NCBI GenBank assembly: GCA_949292905.1
Contig: CASFAV010000003.1
Span: 32,050-96,049 of the forward strand
Reading direction: 5' to 3'
DNA: 64,000 nucleotides
Source: an uncultured Eubacteriales bacterium
GTDB taxonomy: Bacteria > Bacillota > Clostridia > Christensenellales > DTU072
Part shown: piece after piece, positions 11,485-20,215 of the stretch
Layout: the number at the start of each line of letters is the position of its first letter
Numbering within the stretch: the stretch's first letter is position 1
Translations under genes and position numbers: made by a program
Notes under the pieces: generated by a model
Database searches by the model: none
What the model saw: only the letters and a program-made list of their open reading frames with translations
What the model was told of the DNA's origin: nothing

Positions 11485-13011
11485 TTAACCCTCCTTCTTG
11501 ATATCGCCTACGGTCTGACGTCCGCTGATGTCGCCCGAGAAATATGCGCTCGAATATCCCGAAAGCCTCATCGAGAATCCGCCCGCGAATCTCAAGCCTC
11601 TTGTGCGGTAATCTTCGTCCATCATCATCAGACGGGGCATAAGACCGTCCCAATATTGAGATTCGTAGCCGTAGATACCGCCTTCCGGATGACCGCAATA
11701 TCTCGCATAGGTCATCGGGGTGGCGATGGAAATCTCTTCTATACTGTCGCGTATCTTACTTCCCGTGTCTTCCTCGAAGCGCGTGATCATTTCGGAGGCA
11801 ACGTATTCTTTGGTGCGTACGTAATCCTCCGGTTTGACCTTCGCCCAGTCGTTGGAGGTATAAAGCGTGGTGAAGTACATCATGCAGGTGCCTTTGGGCG
11901 AGCAATCGGGATATGCGTTGTTAAGGCATACCGTGGCCTGCACCTTATTGGTCTCTATGCGCTTCATGGCTTCGTACTGCTTTACGGAATCCATCGTGTC
12001 GTAGAGGAAGTAGTTGTGGTTCTGTATGCCTAGTTCTTCCGCAGACTTGTTCAAGCCGAGGAACATCGTATAGCCTCTGCCGGCAAACTTGCGGGCATTT
12101 GTAGCTCTGACTACGGATTCAGGCACGTTCTTCATCATCTTGCCGTAGACGACGTGAGGGGAGCAGTTGGCTACGACGTGGCGCGTTTCGATTATTTTGC
12201 CGTTCGCGAGCACCACGCCTTCGATACCGCCGTCGGTGTCGGAGGTGAGAAGCTTGACTGCTTCGGTGTTGAACCATATTTCGCCGCCGAGCTCGCGTAT
12301 GCGTTCTGTGAGCGCAAGCGAGATCTCGTGCGAACGCATTTTCGGCATGGACGCTCCCTTGGTAAGGTAGCGGTACACCATCGACGCATAGTGTACGAAA
12401 CTCAGATCGTCGCAATGCGCGCCGAGATAACACCAGTAAGCGTTGAGTATCTTGATCGCCTCTGTAGGCATACGAAGCGCTTTGAGCACTTCGTTGACGG
12501 AGTAGGAGCCTACGCGCACGAAGTTGGAATACTTGTCGAGCATGACCTTTTTGTCGGTCTTGCCGTTGACGGAAGAGCTGTAAGCCTGCGCCGCGTGTAT
12601 CTCTTTGCATAGCAGGAAGAATTTTTCCATCGAGGGACGGCTACCCGGTACGTAGGACTCCATTTTGTCGGTGAACTCTTCCACGCCGAAAGGCATCAGC
12701 GCGTCGAGTTTGTCTTCGCGGGAAATGACGCGGTAGGCGTCGGGGATCTCCGTCCAGTCGATCTTGTCCGTTACGCCGAGCGCGTCGAAAAGATCGCGGA
12801 CGTCGCCGCCGTTGTCCTTTGTCCCGAAATCGTTGAGCTCGTGCAGAGAAGCTTCGAATTCGAATCTGCCTCTGCGGAAACTCGTTGCGAATCCGCCGGG
12901 CAGATTGTGTTTCTCGACGACGAGTACGCTGGCGCCGCCTTGCAGCAGGCGTATTGCCGCGACAAGTCCGCCGTTTCCGGCTCCTATCACGACAGCATCG
13001 TATTTATTCAT
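11485..13011 (-). CDS. FAD-dependent oxidoreductase, phytoene-desaturase (CrtI)-like family
   Basis: 508 aa with the N-terminal dinucleotide fold 'YDAVVIGAGNGGLVAAIRLLQGGASVLVVEKHNLPGG'. It is translationally coupled to the FNR-like gene. Confidence 0.75.
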   Translation of the reverse strand: MNKYDAVVIGAGNGGLVAAIRLLQGGASVLVVEKHNLPGGFATSFRRGRFEFEASLHELNDFGTKDNGGDVRDLFDALGVTDKIDWTEIPDAYRVISREDKLDALMPFGVEEFTDKMESYVPGSRPSMEKFFLLCKEIHAAQAYSSSVNGKTDKKVMLDKYSNFVRVGSYSVNEVLKALRMPTEAIKILNAYWCYLGAHCDDLSFVHYASMVYRYLTKGASMPKMRSHEISLALTERIRELGGEIWFNTEAVKLLTSDTDGGIEGVVLANGKIIETRHVVANCSPHVVYGKMMKNVPESVVRATNARKFAGRGYTMFLGLNKSAEELGIQNHNYFLYDTMDSVKQYEAMKRIETNKVQATVCLNNAYPDCSPKGTCMMYFTTLYTSNDWAKVKPEDYVRTKEYVASEMITRFEEDTGSKIRDSIEEISIATPMTYARYCGHPEGGIYGYESQYWDGLMPRLMMMDEDYRTRGLRFAGGFSMRLSGYSSAYFSGDISGRQTVGDIKKEG

Positions 13012-13225
13012 TTTGACCTCCTTTGGGTAATGGACTTGTGCGCTTCATGCGCGTAAGCCCGCACGCTACTATTATGCAACGTTTTCTATACTAAATTATA
13101 TATTAAAGCGGACGCTCGTTTTTGTCAATATCTAATTGCGCGCATATACTTTTAAGCCGCTTATTCGTTGGACAAACGGAGCCGAATAATATACAATATG
13201 TCTATTCGAAAATACGGAGGGAGCA

Positions 13226-14881
13226 ATGCTCAGCGATATAGAGATAGCGCGCAAAGCGCATCCGTTGCCGATAGTGACGGTGGCGGAGAAATTGGGATAT
13301 TCGCCCGACGAGGTGGAGTGTTACGGCAGGTTCAAAGCCAAAGTACCTTATACCGACGGGGTGAAGCGCGGGAAGCTCGTATTGGTGACCGCAATGAATC
13401 CGACTCCGCTCGGAGAGGGGAAAACTACGGTCAGCATAAGCCTTGCGGACGCTTTGAACAGGCTTGGCAGGAATGCGGCGCTCGCGCTCCGCGAGCCTTC
13501 GCTGGGACCCGTTTTCGGGATAAAAGGCGGCGCCTGCGGCGGAGGATACGCTCAGATAATACCGATGGAAGAAATAAATCTGCATTTTACCGGAGATTTC
13601 CACGCGATAACTTCGGCGAACAATCTTTTATCCGCGCTTATCGACAATCACATACATTTCGGGAACGCGTTGGGGATAAAAGAAGTGATTTGGCGGCGCT
13701 GTCTCGATCTGAACGACAGGGCGCTGCGCGAAGTGGAAGTGGGACTGGGCGGAAGCGTCAACGGCGTTCCGAGAAGGGACGGATTCACGATAACCGCGGC
13801 TTCCGAGATAATGGCGATACTTTGTCTTGCCGATTCGCTCGGAGATCTCAAAAGGCGCATAGGGAACGTGACGATAGGGTACGGCGAAGGCGGTAAGCCG
13901 ATACGCGCGCGGGATCTGCACGCGGAAGAATCGATGACGGTACTGCTCAAGGACGCCATCAAGCCCAATCTCGTGCAGACGCTCGAAGGTACTCCCGCGT
14001 ACGTGCACGGCGGACCTTTTGCGAATATAGCGCATGGCTGTAACAGCATACTCGCTACGCGAGCGGCGCTCACTCACAGCGACTATACCGTAACGGAAGC
14101 GGGCTTCGGCGCCGAGCTCGGCGGCGAGAAGTTCCTCGATATCAAATGCAGAAAAGCGGGAATATCGCCCGACTGCGTGGTGTTGGTAGTAACGGCGAGA
14201 AGCCTCAAATTCAACGGCGGCGTAGCCAAAGAGGAAGCGGCAAAAGAGAACGTCGAAGCCTTGAAAGCGGGCTTTGCCAACGTCAAGCGTCATCTCGAAA
14301 ATCTCGGTAAATTTAACGAACGCGCGGTAGTCGCCATAAACAGATTCACTTCCGATACCGAAGCTGAGCTTCGTACGATAAAAACGCTTTGCGCCGAATG
14401 CGGGGCGGAAGCGGTGGTGACGGAGGGCTTCGCGTACGGCGGCGTAGGCGCGCTCGCGCTTGCCGAAAAAGTCATGGAATATTGCGATAAGCCGAAGCGC
14501 GGGATAGACTATATGTACGCGCTCGACGCTCCGCTCGCCGAGAAAATAACCGCGGTAGCCACCAAAGTGTACGGAGCAAAAGAAGTAAAATTTTCCGAGG
14601 AAGCCGTGCGAACGCTCGAAAGGCTGAGCACGGACGATGAGATCAGGGAATACCCGGTCTGCATAGCGAAAACGCAATATTCGTTTTCTTCCGACGACAA
14701 GGCGCTCGGAGCGCCCGAAGGCTTCACTTTCGAAGTGCGCGACATTATACCCAGAACGGGAGCGGAATTCGTTGTAGCCGTGTGCGGGAAGATACTTCTT
14801 ATGCCGGGGCTCGGCGCTTCTCCGAATACGGAGCGTATCAGAATAAACACGGACGACGGCGAAGTTTCCGGACTGATGTAA
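13226..14881 (+). CDS. fhs: Formate--tetrahydrofolate ligase
   Basis: 551 aa with 'TPLGEGKTT' P-loop and a full-length FTHFS-like sequence. RBS GGAGGGAG. Confidence 0.95.
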   Translation: MLSDIEIARKAHPLPIVTVAEKLGYSPDEVECYGRFKAKVPYTDGVKRGKLVLVTAMNPTPLGEGKTTVSISLADALNRLGRNAALALREPSLGPVFGIKGGACGGGYAQIIPMEEINLHFTGDFHAITSANNLLSALIDNHIHFGNALGIKEVIWRRCLDLNDRALREVEVGLGGSVNGVPRRDGFTITAASEIMAILCLADSLGDLKRRIGNVTIGYGEGGKPIRARDLHAEESMTVLLKDAIKPNLVQTLEGTPAYVHGGPFANIAHGCNSILATRAALTHSDYTVTEAGFGAELGGEKFLDIKCRKAGISPDCVVLVVTARSLKFNGGVAKEEAAKENVEALKAGFANVKRHLENLGKFNERAVVAINRFTSDTEAELRTIKTLCAECGAEAVVTEGFAYGGVGALALAEKVMEYCDKPKRGIDYMYALDAPLAEKITAVATKVYGAKEVKFSEEAVRTLERLSTDDEIREYPVCIAKTQYSFSSDDKALGAPEGFTFEVRDIIPRTGAEFVVAVCGKILLMPGLGASPNTERIRINTDDGEVSGLM

Positions 14882-14895
14882 TTCAAATAATTTGA

Positions 14896-14938
14896 ATTCA
14901 GGGGTTCCGTAAATGCAAAAACGGAACCCTGAATTTTT
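14896..14938 (+). terminator. Intrinsic terminator after fhs
   Basis: Hairpin attcaggggttccgt/acggaaccctgaat followed by ttttt. Confidence 0.85.
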
Positions 14939-15069
14939 ATATAGACGACTTACCGTTGCGGCGCTTGCCGGTTCGCTCCGAAGTTCTATAAGCCCGTTCT
15001 ACGATTCGTAGAGAGATATTTGAGACTTTACTCTTGTGCGGTGCGGACGCGCTATTATATAATCGGTAT

Positions 15070-15840
15070 ATGGAGACTTCGATGGACAAAAACAAAGATA
15101 TGACAGCCGCTAACGTTAAAGCGTTGCGCGAAGAAAAAGGCTGGACTCAAGCCGAACTGGGCGAGAAACTTTTCGTATCGGATAAGCTCGTCAGCAAGTG
15201 GGAGAGAGGGGAGAGCGTGCCCGACACGGATACCGTGGTAAGACTTGCGGAGCTTGCCGGGAAAAGCGTGGGCGAGTTTACGGGCGGCGAAAAACTTTGG
15301 TCGGAAGAAAACGTGACCGCGCCGGCAGTGAAGCGCCGACTCGTCTACAATGCGGTTTCGTTTATAGCCGATCTCGGTATCGTAGCGTTTCTGGTCGCAA
15401 TGTGGGCGATAGCGATCATGAAGTATTCGTCGCTTCCCGAAGTCATAGGGATACATTTCGGTCTGAACGGCGAAGCGGACGGTTTCGGCGGCAAAGGCTT
15501 CGTGTTCCTCATGCCCGCTTTGTCTACCGCCGCCGCGGCGGCGGCAATACTGTTTAACTCCGTCAAAATGCGATGGTCTATAAACCTCGTCGTCCCCGTT
15601 TATCTCGATACCGTGGCTGAGGGCAAAGAGTACGAAAAGCTCCTTAAAATAATGTCGATCGGCGTGAATATCACGATATTGCTCATTGTCGCCATGTTTT
15701 TTCAGGCGGCATATTCGGTAGCGATGCAGGTGAGGATCGTGATGTGGCTGTATTTAGGCTGGATAGGTCTGATAGTCGTGACGGTCTTCGCGTGCGTCGC
15801 GGCGGGTATCGCCGTTGTCAAAACGCGTGAAGAAAAGTAA
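15070..15840 (+). CDS. Membrane-tethered XRE-family HTH regulator with DUF1648-like region
   Basis: The N-terminal HTH is 'LREEKGWTQAELGEKLFVSDKLVSKWERGESVP'. This is followed by 4-5 TM helices and 'IGIHFGLNGEADGFGGKG'. The start is uncertain (ATG at 15070 or 15082). Confidence 0.7.
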   Translation: METSMDKNKDMTAANVKALREEKGWTQAELGEKLFVSDKLVSKWERGESVPDTDTVVRLAELAGKSVGEFTGGEKLWSEENVTAPAVKRRLVYNAVSFIADLGIVAFLVAMWAIAIMKYSSLPEVIGIHFGLNGEADGFGGKGFVFLMPALSTAAAAAAILFNSVKMRWSINLVVPVYLDTVAEGKEYEKLLKIMSIGVNITILLIVAMFFQAAYSVAMQVRIVMWLYLGWIGLIVVTVFACVAAGIAVVKTREEK

Positions 15841-15846
15841 ACTTCT

Positions 15847-16581
15847 ATGGAACTCAACGAGAAGATCAAGGCGTTAAGGACCAGGCGAGGGCTCACGCAG
15901 AAAGAGCTTGCCTCGGCGATAGGCGTTTCCGATAAAACCGTAAGTAAATGGGAATGCGGAAGGGGCGGGATAGCGCTAAAAGAAGCGTTGAAGATCGCAG
16001 AAGCGCTCGGCGCGCATATAGACGATCTTCTGCCCGTAGGCGCGGTTGCGAACAAGGAGTTTTTTCCTCATAAAATTACGATGAGTCCGCTGTCGAAAAT
16101 ATTGCTTACGCTCGCGGCAGCGCTCACGGCGGCTTCGCTTGTATGGATGGCTGTGCTTACGGCGCACGCTTACGAAGCGAGTATGCTTATCGGCTGGTTG
16201 CACGCGTGCTTCGGCGTATTGCTGTTTGCGGCGGCGATCGTCGTATTCGCCGTGAGATATCGCGCCGACAGCGTTACGGCTTCGTGCTTCGGGAAGCTCA
16301 AACCGTTGCAGATACGTTCCGTTTATAATCTTAAAAAGGCGTATGCGCTCGCGGGCGAAACCGTTTCGCTCGCCGTCTGCGTTCTCGAGGCGGCGCAGTT
16401 TGCGGGAGTGGCGTTCGTCGCTACGGGCGCAGCTTACGCGATATCCGTGTCCGTAAGAATAGTCTTGTTGCTGTCTGCTTTTGCGGGCGCCGCGACGTTA
16501 TACTATGTCAAATTCGCAAAAATACGCCGTGACGAAAGCATTATACGTTCGACTTTGGATAGCGGCGTGCTACAGGAATAA
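15847..16581 (+). CDS. Membrane-tethered XRE-family HTH regulator
   Basis: The HTH is 'LRTRRGLTQKELASAIGVSDKTVSKWECG', followed by about four hydrophobic helices. Confidence 0.7.
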   Translation: MELNEKIKALRTRRGLTQKELASAIGVSDKTVSKWECGRGGIALKEALKIAEALGAHIDDLLPVGAVANKEFFPHKITMSPLSKILLTLAAALTAASLVWMAVLTAHAYEASMLIGWLHACFGVLLFAAAIVVFAVRYRADSVTASCFGKLKPLQIRSVYNLKKAYALAGETVSLAVCVLEAAQFAGVAFVATGAAYAISVSVRIVLLLSAFAGAATLYYVKFAKIRRDESIIRSTLDSGVLQE

Positions 16582-16633
16582 ATATTACGATAAAGGTATC
16601 TTAAGTACGTATATCGGTTGCCAAAATAAGTAA

Positions 16634-16659
16634 AAAGCGCACCGTATTCGGTGCGCTTT
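16634..16659. terminator. Bidirectional intrinsic terminator
   Basis: Hairpin aaagcgcacc/ggtgcgcttt flanked by A and T runs, between convergent genes. Confidence 0.8.
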
Positions 16660-16684
16660 AATACGGTTCCGCAGATCCTGCGGC

Positions 16685-18325
16685 TTATTTTTCCTCTCCG
16701 CCTTCGCTTGCGGCGACTTCCGCCCCCGTGTTTTCGGCGTTAGCCGTTTCGGCGCTTTCCGTAAGATACGGATCCGCAAGTCCCGTTTCACCCTGCATGG
16801 CGCGTTCCTCGAGAGAGACGGAAAGCTCCTCCGGTATCTTGCCGTCCGCAGTCGCCGCGCGTATTTTGAGCACTTCCATTATCGATTTGTGTTTGGCTTC
16901 CGTCATATCCCAGAAGAAGTAGGGGATGGCAGCAAGCACAGCGCTTAAAAGTCCCACAGCCGCTATCCTGCTCGTGATACCGAAAAGCACTCCGTTGTCG
17001 TACAGGACGCTCGCGTCGTCTATGTATCCGAAAGACTTTTGGATAGCGGGTCCGATGAACGCCGTGCCCATGCTCGCGGCGGTAAGGAATATCGTTCCGA
17101 ATTGACCGAGGAAGCCTTCTATCCGGTCACCCGTTTCGTATTGCTGGAAGTCGTTGATCTCGGCTTGGCAGGCGGGACCGGTGACTATCTGGAAGCTGTT
17201 GAACAGAGTCAATACGTACACGCATACGATATGTACCCACGAATTCGGTATGAACAGCATAGGTATTGAGGCTGCGGCGATACCGAAATTCGATATCAGT
17301 ATCAGTTTCTTTTTGCCTATTTTGTTTATGACGAGAGGCGCAAGCAACATTCCGGGGACGGAAGCGGTGCCCAGAACGAGGGTGACCAACGAGTGCGTGA
17401 CCGAAGCGAGATCTCCCAAGCCGCGCGCCGTGAGATCGGGCGCGATGTCGTATGCCACATACCACAGCGCAAGGCCGTTCGCGGTGAGTTTCATTACTCC
17501 GAGAAGATTGGATATATTGAGTATCCAGAAATATTTATTTTTGAAGGTCTTGCGGCAACCGTCGATGAAGGTCTGCCTTTGACGGAACGTCGCGGGGACC
17601 ACGGTACGTTCCTTGACGCCGAGCGCGAGGAAGATCCCGAGCAGCATGAATACGCCCACCGTGAGCGGCAACGCCCATTCGTAAGCGCCTATGCTGTGCA
17701 CGCCGTCGCTCATGCTCCCGGGAGAGGAATAGAGCCTGTTGGCGATGACGGGGTAGAGGAAATTGGCGATCGTGGGTCCCAACGATATCGCGAACGTGCC
17801 TATCGACATGAGCTGTATGCGTTCGTTCATGTTAGGCGAAATGACCTGCGGGATACTGTTGAAAGCTATCGTGTAAAGTCTGTTGAGCAGGGACAGTATA
17901 TTGTATATTATCGTGAAAAGTATTACAAGCGCAAGATAATCGTCTATTTTGACTATCTGACCTATCGCGAAGAAACACGCCGTCATCGGAAGCGGAATGA
18001 TGAGAAGGTATGGTCTGAATTTTCCGAAGCGCGTTCGCGTGTTGTCTATTAGCCAGCTTACGAATGGCGTCGTCGCGATGGTGAAAAGCGACGAAGCGAT
18101 ACCGATAATGGCGACGTGATCGACGTTGATATTGCATGCGGCTGCGACGTACACGCCCTGCGTTATCGTAACGTAAGTCATCAGCACCGTTGCGCCCAGA
18201 CCTCCTATGCCGCCGATCAGATACATCACCCATTCTTTGAGAGTCATGCACATATTCGGCGCGGGCTTATCCCAGCGCGGCAATTTGTCTTTAAGAGATC
18301 TGAGTTTAGCTATAGTTGCGCCCAT
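16685..18325 (-). CDS. GPH-family (glycoside-pentoside-hexuronide:cation) symporter with acidic C-terminal tail
   Basis: I trimmed the track ORF to the ATG at 18325, preceded by GGGAGGG. It has about 12 TM helices and the GPH-like motif 'DNTRTRFGKFRPYLL'. It is a paralog of the 34277..37006 product. Confidence 0.8.
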   Translation of the reverse strand: MGATIAKLRSLKDKLPRWDKPAPNMCMTLKEWVMYLIGGIGGLGATVLMTYVTITQGVYVAAACNINVDHVAIIGIASSLFTIATTPFVSWLIDNTRTRFGKFRPYLLIIPLPMTACFFAIGQIVKIDDYLALVILFTIIYNILSLLNRLYTIAFNSIPQVISPNMNERIQLMSIGTFAISLGPTIANFLYPVIANRLYSSPGSMSDGVHSIGAYEWALPLTVGVFMLLGIFLALGVKERTVVPATFRQRQTFIDGCRKTFKNKYFWILNISNLLGVMKLTANGLALWYVAYDIAPDLTARGLGDLASVTHSLVTLVLGTASVPGMLLAPLVINKIGKKKLILISNFGIAAASIPMLFIPNSWVHIVCVYVLTLFNSFQIVTGPACQAEINDFQQYETGDRIEGFLGQFGTIFLTAASMGTAFIGPAIQKSFGYIDDASVLYDNGVLFGITSRIAAVGLLSAVLAAIPYFFWDMTEAKHKSIMEVLKIRAATADGKIPEELSVSLEERAMQGETGLADPYLTESAETANAENTGAEVAASEGGEEK

Positions 18326-18610
18326 ATACCCTCCCGTGCGCGCACGGCGCGTTCGCGTGCCGCGCATATATTGTAACCCCTGCGCACCGCGAAAGCAATA
18401 GCGAATTTATACCGTTTTGCGTTACGGCGTCGTTTCCGAACGAAATTACGCCTACGAGATAGTTTACGGAGAAAACACCGCTGTCGAGGTCGACGTGCTG
18501 AAGTAAGGACTTTATCAATATACCGCTTACGCCACCGACGTCTACGGCAACCGTTTTGCCGCGGGAACAGCCGTGATCGGCATAGACGACGGGCAAACCG
18601 CAACTCTTTG

Positions 18611-18629
18611 CGTAACGTCCGACGTTACC
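18611..18629. promoter_or_regulatory. Perfect 9-bp inverted repeat, candidate operator
   Basis: cgtaacgtc-c-gacgttacg lies in the leader upstream of the symporter gene. Confidence 0.3.
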
Positions 18630-18801
18630 GATTACAACGCTTAACCGTCAAAAGCAAATAAAAATAAAAAGCACTTATTTTTGCGTTCGGAAGGCTTGTT
18701 TTCTTGAGATTCACGATAAAGCAGTCGATCGATCGAACATGATAATGTGTAAAAATATATTGCACGCCTGAAGCGTGTAAAAAATTATTTTGCGAAAAGA
18801 C

Positions 18802-18830
18802 TTGAAATTTTTTTTAACCGGTGGTAAGAT
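18802..18830 (+). promoter_or_regulatory. Candidate sigma-70 promoter of the E1/E2/JAB operon
   Basis: TTGAAA (18802-18807), a 17-nt spacer, then TAAGAT (18825-18830). It would give a leader of about 390 nt. Confidence 0.35.
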
Positions 18831-19219
18831 TTATAACAAGGGGAAATATTTCGACAAGAAATTTTATTTTTCGTGAGCGAACGTCACAACAGAAACATCT
18901 TGCCGGAGAATTACCGTTTGAAAGGTTTGAATTTATAGACGCATAAGGCGCGTTTATGCCTTGAGCGGCTTTACTTCAGGTTTACTTCAAAAAAACTACA
19001 GTTTGCAAGCGCGGGAGTATTTTACGTCGTACATCCGTCGTCCGCCCGGGCATTACCGAGTACGTATATTGCCGGTCCGCCGATCGGGGGAACGTTTTAT
19101 GGGAGGTTTACTTTCTTGCGTTATCAAAGGGAAAGACTGCCCGATTTAATCAAAGCTTACCGTATTTTTCAATTTCCGAATAAGTAATTAAAAAAATTTT
19201 TTATAAAGGAGAAACAATT

Positions 19220-19549
19220 ATGAAAAGAAAAGTAGTACTCAACATCAGTGGTCAGAAAGCCATTTCCGAAGAGATCGAGATGGAAGCCGTCATCTATAAG
19301 GATCTTGCGCGCCTCGCGCCCAAATATCCCAATACTTTCGGCAGGGCAGACGACAGCAACTCTTACGCCTATAAGCTGATCAACGTCACGTTCGACAAGA
19401 ATCAGTCCACGGTCAAGCTAACCTGTAAAGACGGCGCCAGAATGGCGTTGGACATGATGCTCCCGTGGAATCAGGCGGAATCCGAGTTCGCAAAGATCAA
19501 CGGAGCCGCCGACGTCGAGCTCACGCTCGCAGGTACGGTAGGCGATTGA
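19220..19549 (+). CDS. Small protein, candidate ubiquitin-like modifier (C-terminus ...ELTLAGTVGD)
   Basis: This 109-aa protein is the first gene of the operon, with RBS AAGGAG. It shows an alternating beta/alpha pattern. The last strand-like segment, 'VELTLAGTVGD', has a penultimate Gly. The call rests on context only. Confidence 0.45.
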   Translation: MKRKVVLNISGQKAISEEIEMEAVIYKDLARLAPKYPNTFGRADDSNSYAYKLINVTFDKNQSTVKLTCKDGARMALDMMLPWNQAESEFAKINGAADVELTLAGTVGD

Positions 19550-19551
19550 AA

Positions 19552-19580
19552 GGCTGCGGGCTCGGGTAAAGCCCGCAGCC
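19552..19580 (+). promoter_or_regulatory. Intercistronic 11-bp GC-rich stem-loop
   Basis: ggctgcgggct-cgggtaa-agcccgcagcc lies 3 nt after the stop of the first gene. No T-run follows it. Confidence 0.6.
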
Positions 19581-19611
19581 CGCAATCGCAAAAGTCAGGA
19601 GGTGAAGATCT

Positions 19612-20211
19612 ATGACCGGTATGGACGTTTACAGAATGCTTGCAAATACGATCAACGCCGCGTTGGGGTCCCCGGGCAATGTGTCGCTCGAGAGGACCGT
19701 AGACCAGAAATGCAAGATAATCATCAGCGATATTCCCGTATATCCTTCGGGGAAAGGGGGGTATCTGGTAGTTTATTTTCCGCTTGATTTCGTAAAAGTC
19801 GCGGGAAACAACGATCTTATCTGCAGAGAGCTTACGCAAAACGAGATACGGATATTCAACGGCAGCAGACCGGATACGAAAAAAGCGCTCGCGCATACCA
19901 ACGTTTTCGAAGACGGGCATCCTTGCTTGGGCGGTGGCGGCAGTTTGGTAAGGATATCCGGCGTTTACGATTTCGCCGCGTATATAGTGGAGTCCGTTCT
20001 GCGCGTAAACATGACGGAGCAAGCTTTTTTAAGCCCTGCCACACGGAAATACGGCGCAACCGTCGAGCAGATGAGAGCGTTCAAGGTAAAGGTCAGGCGC
20101 ATGCTTGCCTCGAGTTTCCGCGAACGCGTTATGAATCAGGTCGATCATTCCCAGATATACAGATACGTTCGGGAATATTTCAACGATCAATATTGCGCTA
20201 ATATCGGGTGA
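19612..20211 (+). CDS. E2 (UBC)-like conjugating enzyme, divergent
   Basis: 199 aa. 'AHTNVFEDGHPCLGGGG' mirrors the eukaryotic E2 active-site pattern HPN-x(5-8)-G-x-I-C-L. The candidate catalytic residue is Cys105 (nt 19924-19926). It is preceded by 'YPSGKGGYLVVYFPLDF'. RBS AGGAGG. Confidence 0.65.
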   Translation: MTGMDVYRMLANTINAALGSPGNVSLERTVDQKCKIIISDIPVYPSGKGGYLVVYFPLDFVKVAGNNDLICRELTQNEIRIFNGSRPDTKKALAHTNVFEDGHPCLGGGGSLVRISGVYDFAAYIVESVLRVNMTEQAFLSPATRKYGATVEQMRAFKVKVRRMLASSFRERVMNQVDHSQIYRYVREYFNDQYCANIG

Positions 20212-20215
20212 CGTT

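Noticed and set aside
13628-14677. 349-aa minus-strand ORF
   Set aside because: It is antisense to fhs and has no motifs.
18306-18603. 96/97-aa minus-strand ORFs upstream of the symporter
   Set aside because: They overlap the symporter start region, lack an RBS and have no family motifs. A short 'AVDVGGVSG' stretch is not enough to call a kinase remnant.
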